Shown here one piece after another: positions 25,802-40,694 of a DNA stretch of 42,315 nucleotides. Location: the NCBI GenBank assembly GCA_900088475.1, contig FLMG01000782.1, forward strand, positions 1-42,315. Reading direction: 5' to 3'. This DNA comes from Hyphochytrium catenoides (taxonomy: Eukaryota > Protista > Hyphochytriomycota). Below the pieces are notes generated by a model, which worked only from the letters and a program-made list of their open reading frames with translations, made no database searches and had not been told where the DNA came from. The position numbers and the translations under genes are program-made. Each line of letters opens with the position of its first letter. The first letter of the stretch is position 1.

Positions 25802-27132
25802 ATGGCTGAGGAACAGGCAGCAGCGGCAGCCTTTCAGGAGCAATGGCAGCGGAAGGCTGTCGCTCAGCAGCTCTCCTCTCATTCTGCGTTGTTGCCCGCG
25901 GCTCAACCGACGCCATGCGTTTCGGACGCTGAACATCCGAACGGAACGGAGGCGGGGTTGTCGAGGGAGACCATAAATGTGACAATCCAAGGTGCTCAAG
26001 AGGGAGAAAGCGTAGAGAGAGATCCCCATCACCCAGAAGCACCGTATATGAGCTTCCGTCACAAAAAGGAAAGCAGAAGCTTTCACTGCTGCCTGCGCAT
26101 TGGCAACTCCTATCTTATCTGTGGAAAGCAGAACTCATGCTTCCCTCAGCAGTTATTTATTGGTCCAGACTGGTATTGCATGCTCTTCACTTACATGCTA
26201 ATCCTCGGAGGTTCTACACTCTTTGCGGTTTATGTGTAAGCACCTTCCTGGTCTTCGTGTCCTTCTCCCTTCTCACTCTCTGGTTGTTAGCACTTTAACT
26301 TTACTCTCTCTTCCGTCCCTCATTCTCATCTTTGGCATCACTTCCCGTCGAGCACACTTCACGAAGCCTCAAGCTTGCTGTTCTATTCTATAGAACCTAT
26401 CTCTCTTTAACCTGCCAGGCTTTTCTTATCCTCTATCGCCGTGTTCCTTCATGCCTATGCCCTGTACACCACGAAACTTTGTCTTGCTTTGTCAGGGCCA
26501 CAAGGGCATCCGGCTTATAGACCTTGTCCCAGTTCGCTCTAAGTAACAAGCCCAAGTGGTCACCGCCCCCTCACTCTCATTTTGTCTCTCTGCAGATTAT
26601 CCTCACTGGGCTGGAAGTACACTATAGTTCCAGTCATCACCTTTACTTTAACTCTCCTATTTTACAGCCTTTGCGCCTGCAGTGATCCAGGAGTAGTGTT
26701 TCGAGAGGAGACTCTAACCGCGGGCACCAGCTACACGGTCTGCAGTGCCTGTCAGCTTGCTAGACCAAACAAGGCATCCCACTGCTACGATTGTGGGGTT
26801 TGTATCAATGAGGTTAGTCCTGAGAAAGTGCCTTCTCAGCAAGTACCCTTTGCTACCTTTTAAGTCATCGCTTACATTGGCATGATGCCTAGTGCTTTGG
26901 TCCTTGAAGTTCCTTCCTGACTTCTCACAATCTATCATCGATCGCCCCAGGCCATAGGTCGTTCTTATTGACTAAGTCACTCCCTCTCCGTTGACAGCTG
27001 GATCACCATTGCCCTTGGACAGGAAAGTGCATTGGGCAGAAGACTCTACGATACTTCTACTGCTTCGTTACCTTTCTCTTCCTTCACATTATTTATGTCG
27101 CCGCCATCACTGTGTACTACGTCACTCATTAG
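25802..27132 (+). CDS. DHHC-type protein S-acyltransferase (palmitoyltransferase), 3 exons
   Basis: IGPDWYCMLFTY..|..ACSDPGVV..CSACQLARPNKASHCYDCGVCINE|LDHHCPWTGKCIGQKTLRYFYCFV..; stop TAG at 27130-27132. Confidence 0.96.
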
Positions 27133-27460
27133 CACCAGAAGAAAGATAAATATAGACGGGGCAGAGAAGAAGATCACAGGAAAAATAGCGACCAGATGGT
27201 GGTCGTCATAGATTTTAGGACGTTACGGAGCGTAAGTTGACCGTCAAGGCCAACTTCGCGTTGTGCAATGCCTAAGACTAGCTCCCTCACAAGCATTTTA
27301 TAAAGAGTCTTCCCTTCTTCATCTACAGTCCCTAAACTTTGGGCGCTGGCATCTGTAGAGTCTCCCTTCACCCTTCGTGCCCCCAGCCGGGAATCCCCTC
27401 TTTACGTCTTTCTCCTATACAGAGATTCATATTTCGGAGTTCTGCAGGGTGTGGGTGGAA

Positions 27461-28815
27461 CTAAAGAAGTCTCGCACTGTAGGAGTACGACTTCTCCTGT
27501 AAGGAGTCCGCCAGCCGCTTCTCAATAGAAACAGATGCATCTTTAGCTGTTGACATCTCTCCTTCGGTTCCCTGTACGCAGCTAGTGGTGAGCAATGACG
27601 AATGGGTAACGGGGATTTCAGGGAATATTAGGGCTGCATAGGCCCTCAGCAAACGGGCCAAAGAAAAGAACCTGCGGAGGTAAGACCACTTGCACAGAAG
27701 GGCATGGCTTTCGACGCGGAAGCTACACAGAAGAGTAAATAGGGTAATGTACCTTCAGGAAACTGGCAGTGGGTTTGATCTTACTGACTACCATATCAGT
27801 ATCCGAAACGGGTGCACTTAGGACCTCCTCAATCTAGAACCCAATATCAGTTAGGTGACAGCATAAAGAAGAGAAGTGGATGCTGGCAAAGGAGGATACG
27901 CAGCGCAATATTACATGCATCAGTCGAAGTCTGAAGAGAAAGGCTGATGGTCTAGGTTGTTAATGATAGGGTGGCAGGGAGGGGTGACGATCCCAGCAGC
28001 TAACAAAATAGACTGAAGTTTACGCCGTACCGAGGAAGTTGTCTCCTGCGCCGTCTGGCACTTCTTCGGCAGAGCCTCTGAAAGGGAGTTAACCTTTTCA
28101 GACACCTGAGAGAGGGAGATGGTGAGATGAGCACTGGAAGAGAAGCAGTGCCTGCACTAGACCTTACCATAGCGGCATCCTCCGAAAGTTGGCGCATCTG
28201 ATTGGAGTCTAGAAGTCTCTCCCATCTCTTCTCTTGGTCTGCTACCACGTTTTCAAATCCACTCTCCTGGTTTTGAGGTCTTCATGGGCAAGACCGTCAG
28301 CTCAAGGTGGCCTTCGTTTCCAGTACACACTAATGAAAGTCTGTTGGTAGACCTACCCTTCAGGTGCCGCCATCTGCAACTGCCTTAATGTTCTGTCTGC
28401 TACAAGGGCTGGGACCTGAGCGAGTCGACGGTCAGAAGAAGAGACCCTCCTAGTCTACTTGAGCTTTTACCTTTCTTCGGTAATCTTGGACACGCTCCAG
28501 GACGGCACGAAGCTCATCTTCTAGCTGTGAGACCTCCTCTGCCAGACTTCGATCGACAGGCTGTAGTACGGTTGCTGCGGGGGAATGGTCAAAGGTTGGA
28601 TAAAAAAAGCCACAACCAGAGATCGACTTACGATGGGCCTTTTGGATAGAGGCCATCTGGGTCTCCAAGTTTTTGGCCAGACTGCTTGTCATCGTCTTCA
28701 CATTTCTTGTTAGAACCTCCTTCATCGCCTCGGACATTTGTAGCTCATCAGCCACTTTAGCTACTGCCGCATCGGCGGCGGTGTTCATAGTGCTCTCACT
28801 TACTTGGGTCATCAT
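27461..28815 (-). CDS. Coiled-coil protein, probable kinetochore Mis12-complex subunit Mis14/Nsl1; multi-exon
   Basis: Exons give ..QPVDRSLAEEVSQLEDELRAVLERVQDYRRK|VPALVADRTLRQL..|VSEKVNSLSEALPKKCQTAQET, resembling the Mis14/Nsl1 pattern (P-x-D..L..V..L....V..YRR.VP). The family call is from recalled motif similarity and the ends are approximate. Confidence 0.55.
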
Positions 28816-30984
28816 TCACTACTCCTAAAGAGCACACAGCTCCTCAACGTATGTGTCTTCCAGACAAGGGATCAATAATCTCCATCTGCAGATGTGACTG
28901 GAGGGCAGCAGAATGATCAAGGCTCCAGATGCAGAAGACTGCGGCTGATGAAACTTCTTGCTTTTCGAATTTTTAACATCTGACCGTTAGCGGTAAATCA
29001 ACCAAGCTTTTATCCGCATGTTACCCGAGATATTATTCGAGTACAAGCTACAATTACTATATAAGTGTACCACCAAAATACTCGGGTCCATCAAGGGTCG
29101 AGCTTTCCCGCGCCTTTCCGTTGCCTGCGGCAATCAATGCTTTATCCAAGAAGAAAGGGCCTTTTATCATCGTGGGAAGAGCTTCATCGATAGATGCTGA
29201 GCTATGGCACAATGTAAGTCCGTAAACTTCGAGAGCTACGTCACTCGCCTAGCGCTAGTGAACGTCCGCTTTGACGATGGTAAGAGCAGTTGCCCAGGAG
29301 ACTCAAACCTGGTGCCGATGGGGCCTACGCAAAGGCAAACCAGACGGATGGGTTCGTACGAAAGCACTTGCATATCTACAGTGAAAGAGTTTCTGCGTTA
29401 GAATGAAAGCTTGCTTTTGATCGTAGGCCTTGTAGCGGGCCTGGAGCTCGCCCCAAGAAGAGTAGGATTGTGGCGAAACTCCAATAGCTCGGCAAGTATA
29501 CCAGTGTCAATGGTCTGGATTAAGATGCGCAGCCCGATCTTTGCGTCGAGCAAAGTCATGAAAAGGGCATCATGGCCGTCTAGGCCAGGAGGACTCATCT
29601 GACCAGTCACAATGTCAAATAAGCCTTCACACGAGACGTGCTTTTCAACTTGCCATTCTCATATTTCAAAGGTTTTTTCGCCCTTCAGCCTCACTGATGA
29701 GGGCGATAGGTTCGTCTGCTTGCTGAGATTGGTTGGATCCAGCAGTCGTCGGAGCAGAGGACGTAATAGCAGCGCCACCAAAGGAAGTCGTAGTGGTTTC
29801 TCCAGCAGAAAAGAGTTGGTCATTGTTGGGAAAAGACCACTGCAGGGTCCTCCGGAAGAAGAAGGTGAATACTCAATGCTGGAACTGGGGGACGCCATCT
29901 CCCAGCCAAGATGGTGCAACCCGCGACACAGCCAGGAAGAAGTGGGTCCAAACCGCAAAGCTGAGTTAGGTACAGAGGTCTGCAGAAGGCAGCGAGTATC
30001 TGGGCTAATAAATAAGGCGGTTGAGTCTTGATGGACTGTTCTACTCTATATGGAGGATGATAGAGTTCTGACTAAAGAAGAGATCACTGAAGACGCTAGG
30101 AGAAAGAGGAGGAAGTAGTGATAGAAGCAGTCGTAGTAGGGAGGGTGACTACCAAGTCCAGGAACAGAACAGATCTCAGTAGTTGTTTGAACTTCAGGAG
30201 GCGGAGTTCAGGAATGGCATAGCAGTTGCAGGCACGAGCCTGAGACATGGTTCGTCTAACACATTATTGCGCGCTGTTGGAGTCAGGCGTCAGGGGTCGT
30301 TTGTTGATGGTAAGTCTCAGATAGCTGAACGATAGTGCTCACACGCTCAGGATCATATCAGCTCCTTCTATCGCTTGGATGTCGCAGAGCCTAGGGAACT
30401 AAGTGACTGTTGACACCATCGATGGTACAGCCTGCCATTTTTATGGTCATGAAACTTGCACTCCTCTCAGAGGAACATTCGAGCTATCCACTTTCGCTAA
30501 CGACACACTAGGAGCCTTATTGATAAATCTCACCTACATTAGAAGCTACTAAGCCCGAGGAGCATAAAGACACCGAAAATCACTTCATACAAAATTGTTG
30601 GCTGCTGAGTAGCGCAGGTGGTGCGCAGTGTCTGTCCTAATTGGTCCCTAGAATGACATGTCAGAGCGCTTGGCCCTGTTGTGGTGCTTGGACCAAAATC
30701 CGGACGGTCCTTGTTATAAAATAAGAGGTATCCATTGCCCTCGTGTCATTTCTTCTTGCTAGCACCTTGTCCTCCAGGCTTGACAGCTATGATGAGATGC
30801 GCACAGAAACAGGAGTCAGTCTCTATAGAGCTAGAAAGATTGAGGAGCTCTTACCAGTGGGAGGAGGAGGAGGCTGCAAGGAAAATGTTAATGGCTGCGA
30901 GGAGGCATTTGGATCTTGGCTCTCTGTTCACGGAGGGATAACCATGACGAAGTGAGCCTGCTGACAACGGACCGCGCACTCTCT

Positions 30985-32338
30985 TCAAGTTCTTTTTTCA
31001 TCCCATCCTTCGAACTGACCTATTCTATGCAGCACGTAAGCTGTCAGCGGGGTGATAAACTTAATAGCTCGCTCATTTCCTCCTTTTCTGAGACCAGATA
31101 AAGAACCATCTGCGGTCGCCAAGTCAATTTCAGCATCCTTGAAATCTAGAGCAAGGTGCATAATGATGAGGTGGACGAGGCAGGGAAGGAGAACTGGGTT
31201 AGATATAATAGTACTGGCATCTATTAGGGGGCCTTTTGCGACGGACGGCAAGAGCAGGAATCACTGGAAGGGACATGGGGAATCCAAGCTTGCTAGAGTC
31301 TTACCTTTGAACTTTGCAACCCCAGTCATCAGCGCATCTAATTGCCTTTTGGCTTCCTCTTTGCTCGCTGTCGTGCCACGTTTGCCGAGTTAAGAAGAAA
31401 GACCCAATGATGGTCAGATTGAAGAGGCACGCAGCAGGACAGGACAGGGGGAAGCAGAAGACTCGACAGAGGATTAAAGATGGCTGGAATGTACTTCCTA
31501 AGGCACTGGAGCGAAGTCTGAAGGCAAGGTGCTCTCTTGCCTACCCTGGACAATCTGCTTCTTGGATTCCAACTCAGCTAAATTGTTAAGGAAGTCATTC
31601 AGCAGTGCATTCAGGGAGAAGAGTATCTAAGATAAGAGCCATACCGGGGTTTTCACTGTTATGAATCTGTCGTACAAGGATCTTTTCCTGGCTTTCAAGG
31701 TCCTGAATTGTGGCTTGCAGCTCTGCGTCCTTCTGTCTGGCATATTGCTATCCCAGCCCGATACAGACTTTAGAGACGACGAAGTGCATGCAGACCCAGA
31801 CATATGTATCTCTATGTATGCCCAAGTGCACAGGTTCGTCTCGCTTCTTCAGACTGTCCGCACCAGCCCTTGAGGGTCATACTGAACTACAGTGTCTGAT
31901 AGCTATGCCTGCTCAAGCACTCTACTACTTACCTCCAGGTCTTGCCTTGCAATTTTACGTATGCTCTCAAGTAGGAAGGCGCTAGTAATATCGGCTGTAA
32001 AGGGCTTAGGCTTCATCTCATCTACGTGGGCATAGGTGTCAACCGTGAGTAGAATAAGGAACCTGAGATGGACAGAAAGTATACCTGAGCCGAAGCTCAC
32101 CGTGATGAAGGGCATCGGATTGGTTCTCTTAGGAAACCAAGAAGGTCTCAACCAAAGCTACTTTACTCGCTCCTTCGCACAACTATGAGTGGGAGGTGCT
32201 TGCCATGCCAGCTTATCTGTGCACAGAGGTTGCCAAGAGGGACAGTTTAGCCCTGCCTTCTGATGGCAGCGTCTCAGAGCGCTTCCCAGCGGCTACCCTC
32301 TTGTTCGTACTCAGAACCTCTCCTTTGTCGCTCCAGGC
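30985..32338 (-). CDS. Uncharacterised multi-exon helical/coiled-coil protein; 5' end unresolved
   Basis: About 9 consecutive exons with GT-AG boundaries join in consistent phase: AWSDKGEVLSTNKR|ISWHGKHLPLIVVRRSE|EPIRCPSSR|FLILLTVDTYAH..IARQDLE|LSDTVVQYDPQGL|QYARQKDAELQATIQDLESQEKIL|ILFSLNALLNDFLNNLAELESKKQIVQ|ASKEEAKRQLDALMTGVAKFK|DFKDAEID..GWDEKRT*. Confidence 0.6.
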
Positions 32339-32880
32339 CTAACATTCAGAGGGTATGGCAATGCCGACGTCTCTATGTAAGTTCTTCACCTCGCCACTGT
32401 GCACCAAGAATGAACTGTGTCAGTCTGGCTGAGTCTTATCACGAAGCTTCCTAGAGCGATGGAACGTCACAGTGACTCTTGGCTGTGCCTTCATACAGCA
32501 CCAGTAACGGCTCAACCAGCCGCTAACGGCCTCGAGCCTCTCCATATAGATACACTCTACGCAGAGTTCAAGCTGTAGATATCGAAGTCAGCGATTAAGC
32601 TCCTCCTTTTCCAATGACCAGCAAGGCCCTGACTACGTCTGTTCGGTCAGGATGTGCCATCATTAGTGCGGGCTGTAGCTGCCAAGTGTTATTAAGGCTA
32701 GCAGAGTATATTGAATCGACTTAACTGTTCAATACCTTTCCTAGCCCAGCCGATGACGCTCCGTCCTTTCTCTTTGATGTTGGTGGTGTGACAGGGATCT
32801 CAACTAGTCCTCCACGGACGAGAAGGATCACCTGGTATCGAGACCACTATCTTCACTGCTGAAGCGAACGCTCCAACTAT

Positions 32881-33936
32881 TTAGACTATTTGTTGCAGCT
32901 CTGCATGGCCGCTTTCTGCCCTCTCACTTTGAGTTGCCTGTAAAAGGGCCGCCTGGGCAGCACCTGCTCTTGGTCTCTCTCGCGCCGGTGGGGCCATGTG
33001 TGACCTAGGACTAGGTCTTTTCACCTTCGTAATAGGTCTCGAGGGTCCTGCCTCACTACTTCCCCTAACTCCCTCCATATGATGCTTAGGTAATGAGGGA
33101 AGACGATGAACACCAGCTCTGCTTAGCACCAAACTGCCGCTGGTATCACCTTGCTGACCAGCTGACAATAAAGGGTCCCTCTCCCTCTCCTGACAGCTGT
33201 GCACTAGACTATCCAGACTATGAACTATAAAAGCACCGAGATGCTCTTGTCTACTGGCGATGGCCTGCAGAGCTTGAGCTCTGTCGCTTATGAGCTCTGA
33301 GACAGAGCGTTCATCATCCATCCTCTGGACCTTTCCCATACTGGCAGTTCGAGATGCTACCTTAACGCTCTCTCCGCCCGCAGCCCTTCGGGAGGAAGAG
33401 GAGAGTCCAAACCTATTCCTAAAGTTATAATACCAGCCATCAGAGGCCGAGAACTCCTGGTCCGTCACTCCCTGAGCCTCTGCAAATGCCTTTGCTTTGC
33501 TCTTGATCATTTGAGGAGTAACTGCCTTGCCCGTCTGCTTCATGTCGCAAATCCATCGATAGAGTGCCTCTTCTAAGTGAGGATGTTTCGCTGGTCTCAT
33601 GGCCTTTTGAGTCTTTTTCTGCTTCTCTGAGGCGGTGCTCCAGAGTCGGCGGATGTCATGGGCCTTAGACTTTATCTTCCTTACTGCTCCCTCCGTGATG
33701 CTGAACTGCTTCCCAATCTGTCTATTGGACAAAGACGTCAGCTCCAGGATCTTCATCTTCTGCTCTAACGTGGGGCGAACTCGCTTTTTCGCAGGTCTTG
33801 ATGAAGCCGAAGGCTCGGATGTGGCACTCTGCGCACCTTGTTCTGCTCGCCGTTTAATGGCCCCAGAAGAGGTCTCCATCCTGCGAGGAGAACGGGTATC
33901 CGGAGATACGATGTGGTCAAGAAGTGTCTTCACCAT
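32881..33936 (-). CDS. CENP-B/Tigger(pogo)-type DNA-binding protein (CENP-B N-terminal HTH + Tc5-type HTH), no DDE domain
   Basis: KKRVRPTLEQKMKILE..SNRQIGKQFSITEGAVRKIK and RPAKHPHLEEALYRWICDMKQTGKAVTPQMIKSKAKAFA..FSASDGWYYNFRNRFGL. Uninterrupted 350+ aa ORF, first in-frame ATG at 33936; upstream exons are possible. Confidence 0.88.
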   Translation of the reverse strand: MVKTLLDHIVSPDTRSPRRMETSSGAIKRRAEQGAQSATSEPSASSRPAKKRVRPTLEQKMKILELTSLSNRQIGKQFSITEGAVRKIKSKAHDIRRLWSTASEKQKKTQKAMRPAKHPHLEEALYRWICDMKQTGKAVTPQMIKSKAKAFAEAQGVTDQEFSASDGWYYNFRNRFGLSSSSRRAAGGESVKVASRTASMGKVQRMDDERSVSELISDRAQALQAIASRQEHLGAFIVHSLDSLVHSCQERERDPLLSAGQQGDTSGSLVLSRAGVHRLPSLPKHHMEGVRGSSEAGPSRPITKVKRPSPRSHMAPPARERPRAGAAQAALLQATQSERAESGHAELQQIV

Positions 33937-34611
33937 CCTCCCAAGGTCGTAATGTGCTGTCTTCAAGCAAAAGACAGACAAAGCTCCAGGGCATGCTCCA
34001 CGATCGATGAGGCTCGCTGGCCATCTGCCACAAGTGAGTGAGATATTCCATTTCTCTCACCATAGTTCTCAATGTGCCAGGTGATATCCATGAGCTTGAG
34101 GAGAGACAGGGAAGCCCTCCCACTTCATGTTGTTGCACACCTTTCTTTTTTGCAGCAACCACTCAGTAGGCGGAAGCAAGGATGGAGAGAGCAAAGCTCA
34201 CATTTGCCAGAGACTCATCTGCGCCCGCGGCCCCATCTGGCATACCCTTTCTCTAGGTCTTGTTGTCTCCCCTTCTGTTGATTCTCCTCCTTGGGCGGAA
34301 CCTCTCCGCTGGCTTAAAAAGAGTAATGAAGCTCGAGAAACTGCAGCAGCGTTCAGATCTTTAGCTCGAAGTCACGGAAGAGGAGCAGCAGCGGAAGGTT
34401 GGTGCGAAGGGTGCATACGATGGCACTTTGGACCAATCCAACAGCAAAGAGTAGATTGGAGATGGAACAGCAAGGAGGAATAGAATAGTAAGGAGGAAAC
34501 AGGTGGAGACCGCGAAGAAAGAAGAGCTGAGAGCCGTACAGAAGCCTCAAAAAGTGTATGTACCTTTTCCTCGCCACACCCCTGTCGCATCTCGTCTCGG
34601 TCTACCTCTCC

Positions 34612-34740
34612 AACCCTCTCCTCTCTCTTTCTCTCTCTCTCTCTCTCTCTNNNNNNNNNNNNNNNNNNNNNNNNNNNATCACTCTCTCTCTCTCTCTCTC
34701 TCTCCTTTTCTCTCTCTTTCTCTCTCTCTCTCCCTTTCTC
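34612..34740. repeat. (CT)n microsatellite spanning an assembly gap (N 34651-34677)
   Basis: Directly visible. Confidence 0.95.
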
Positions 34741-37482
34741 TGTGTCCCTTTTGCCTGATCTTTCTCATTCTTCTTCTGTCTCTCCTCTGCCTCTCTTTCT
34801 TAGTATCTGGAGCATGCCGATCCCTGATAGTATGCGCCATTTGTTCTCTTTTACCGATAGCTGTGCTACGATCACGAATACCTACCTTGGTTCAAATTGG
34901 AATGAAAGGTCTCAAACATCTCCTCAACAATCACAGCGCCAGCCTTGTAAAGTCCAAACTTTCTTCATGCAGGAGAGGAAGAAAAGGACCCAAGCACTAC
35001 GACTTTTAATTAATGTCTTGCTAGGCTATAGAACTAGTCCCACACATCCACTGCTGTCTCCTTTAGTTTAGCCTCCACCGAGCGAAGACGACAGAAGAAG
35101 AAGAAGGAGGCAGCATTTTTAAAGATATAAACGCGTTATGCCCTTCTTTCTTATTCAGGCATCATCGTCCTGTCAACCTCTCTATCCCTCCTCGTGTTCT
35201 GTTCAATGATCGGCTCCCAGCAGTTCGCTACCACCTGTTCCAGCTGACTCAACGTAGTGGCGAAGAAGGCTAAATAGGCTTTGTCTGGAGACGTTGAGAC
35301 TCTCCCCGCTCTATTATTCATCAATGTATGTAGTAGATTTGAATGTCAGTGTTAAAAGAACGAGGAGGCACGCTTTGCGCGTGAGCCTGTTCGAGTGCTA
35401 CTCCTGTTTCCTTTGATGACTACGAACGTGAAAGGTACCCAATGCGAAGATCAATAAAAAAAAGATGATGCGCTTTTTTGAGGAGGAAGTATAATAGATA
35501 TGCTTTTTCAAAGAGATGTGTCGTGAGTTAACATTCCTCTTTCTGTTTGTACCCGTCGGTCTTTATTAGGCATTGGAAGGTTATTAGAGTCTTCTGGTGA
35601 TAGACACTGTCAATCGTCAGGGTGACATAATGTTTTAGCAGTATATCTATTTTGGCTGATCTACCTTTCCTGCGCTCTTCACTTTCGTTCCTTGTCGTCA
35701 TCATCAGAGGAACGCTAGCTAGCACTGTCAAAAGGTCTACTACTACGCCGCAAGAAAGCGTTCTTTATCGTCTTCCTCTAACATTCATACCTGGAGAAAA
35801 ACTAGAGTAGGAGTTTCAACAACTATTTAAGACAATTAACAGGATACCGCCAGCTGCTGCACCTGGTCATGATGAAGGTCGAGCCCTTCCCCCCCACCAC
35901 GATGGCGGTGCCACACTCCTTTATGTTTCGGACTGTCCAACTCCTCTGTCAAGTCTGGCCGTAATAAGGCAAAGGACTATTAACTGACTATTATTACTAC
36001 TACTGAAGCGCATGAATGGCACCAATCGGAGGCTGGCAGGAAAGATGTTATCCTCGTAAGAATTGCAGGAACTCCTTGGGAGTCCTTGGTAGGTGTAAGG
36101 GCAAGTCTAGTAGTAGGCGTAGTAGGCGCAATAATATTGTACGAGTAGTAGTTGATCTGTGAGCTACACTCTGAGTGGACTGAAGAGGAACAAGGGGAGC
36201 AAGAGTCCGCACAGATGATAAGTGGCGTGGAACGAGTGTTCTTCTCACCTAAAGTTCAGGGACCTCATGACGAACCATCGTCCGTCTACTATTGATTATA
36301 CACGATGAACTAATCTAGCAGTGGTGGTCTCGCCAAACAGGGATCATTGGATCTTTTTTGAGCTCTGGAGAACGCTGCTGCATCTACACCAAACGCCAAG
36401 AACGGACACTGATCTGAGGCTAAACACCCAAAGGCCGCACCACTGACTAGAAAGACTAAACGTAGGTAGTAGTACACATAATACCATTAAAGCTCATCGG
36501 TAGCCAGGCCGATCCGGGATCGTGGCTCCTCCCTTTATGTGTCAGTGCTGCTGTCGAACCGATAGGACACCAAGGGAGGTCTCACCACTCCCTCGTGAAG
36601 TACCGCAAATGCTACTATAAGATCAAGCGCCGGTTTGCTATGTGACCAGCTTATCAGCTAATTCCTAGTTGCAATGCTGGCACCCTTACCACGTTGGGCT
36701 CTCTTCTGCCTCTACACAACCGTCCATACAATCACCCGCTTGGCTCATATATCAACCAACAAGAGAAGAGCGCCGCGACCGATCATTATTGCCATCATGA
36801 TGCAGCCTGCAGGCAATGCGCGAAGAAGGAGGAGGGTTCTCGGGCACCCCATAACGCGTGTACAAGTAGAAAGAAGAGAGCACCATCGCCATCGTCATCA
36901 GGCAGCTGCTTGTCTGGCAGCTTGGCAGGGCATCACATTGAGCAGCTGATGAGTTGGTAGCTGAGCAGGAGGTTCTTGGGCTGGTGATTGGTGGGATCTG
37001 AAGCGTAACTCTCTATCTGTGACAGGCACCGATTTTCGCATCTATCCTGTATAATGGAATGAACTCTAGGCTTTATCGACGATAAAGACCCTCTTTTCAT
37101 TCCAAAGGAGCTGCTAACGGCCGACATACTTGAGTTGGTGCTTGCTTCGTTGCAAGTTCCCCTTGAAGAATCCCTGCCATGAGAATCCAAAGTAGGATGA
37201 GGTCAACATGTATAAGGAGGGATACGGAGCGCAGGCCCGCCACTCTTGACCAGCAGACAGCATTCTGCCAAGCAAGAAGAAGGTCAGGTACGGTCTAACC
37301 CCTAGCGGCGCAGATTGCACGTCTACCGACTGTAACTAAAGACTATAGGTGGGGCAGAGGGGCGCAGGTGGGTCCGTGGCGTGGTTTGTTGCACGTCTGC
37401 CTCTCTTGCCCATCGATAGCGTGGCTTATCTACAGTCTGTTTTCGATTGCTGTTGACAAGAGGCCTGAACTTTCTGTGAGCA

Positions 37483-40449
<2,967 letters not shown>

Positions 40450-40694
40450 GCCGGCGTGATCTAAAGAGAGGTTGTACTTTCTCACGCTTCTGCGGATCTT
40501 GACGGTCGAACGATCTTCTAAGACAACAGTTCGTGCGGCCGATCAACCATGTCAGAGCCATTTACCTTCTAGATGAGAACATCAGAGTGATAGAGTTGTA
40601 TAGGAGCATATGTAGCGGGGAGAGCAAGAGCAAGTTGCCACCATGTAATACGCTGGCGCTTGCTACCTCTTGTTCCACGAGGAAGGTAGAGAGC

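Noticed and set aside
27174-27371. Protein-like minus-strand ORF downstream of the Nsl1-like gene
   Set aside because: An in-frame stop lies just upstream and there is no compatible acceptor; probably 3' UTR.
31585-31593. Perfect U12 branch-point TTCCTTAAC on the minus strand (and TTCTTAAC near 31390)
   Set aside because: The first reads as coding (F-L-N) in a phase-consistent exon, and no upstream RTATCCTT donor exists for either.
35505-35660. U11 snRNA-like fragment TGTCGTGAGT (35519-35528) with a downstream ATTTTGG
   Set aside because: No proper AAGGG 5' recognition sequence, stem I does not pair well, and the Sm-like site is too far away and lacks a 3' hairpin. An Infernal U11 search would settle it.
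35869-36417. C/D-box-like words (ATGATGA, ATGACGA ... CTGA)
   Set aside because: Terminal stems are weak and no rRNA-complementary guide was recognised; expected by chance.
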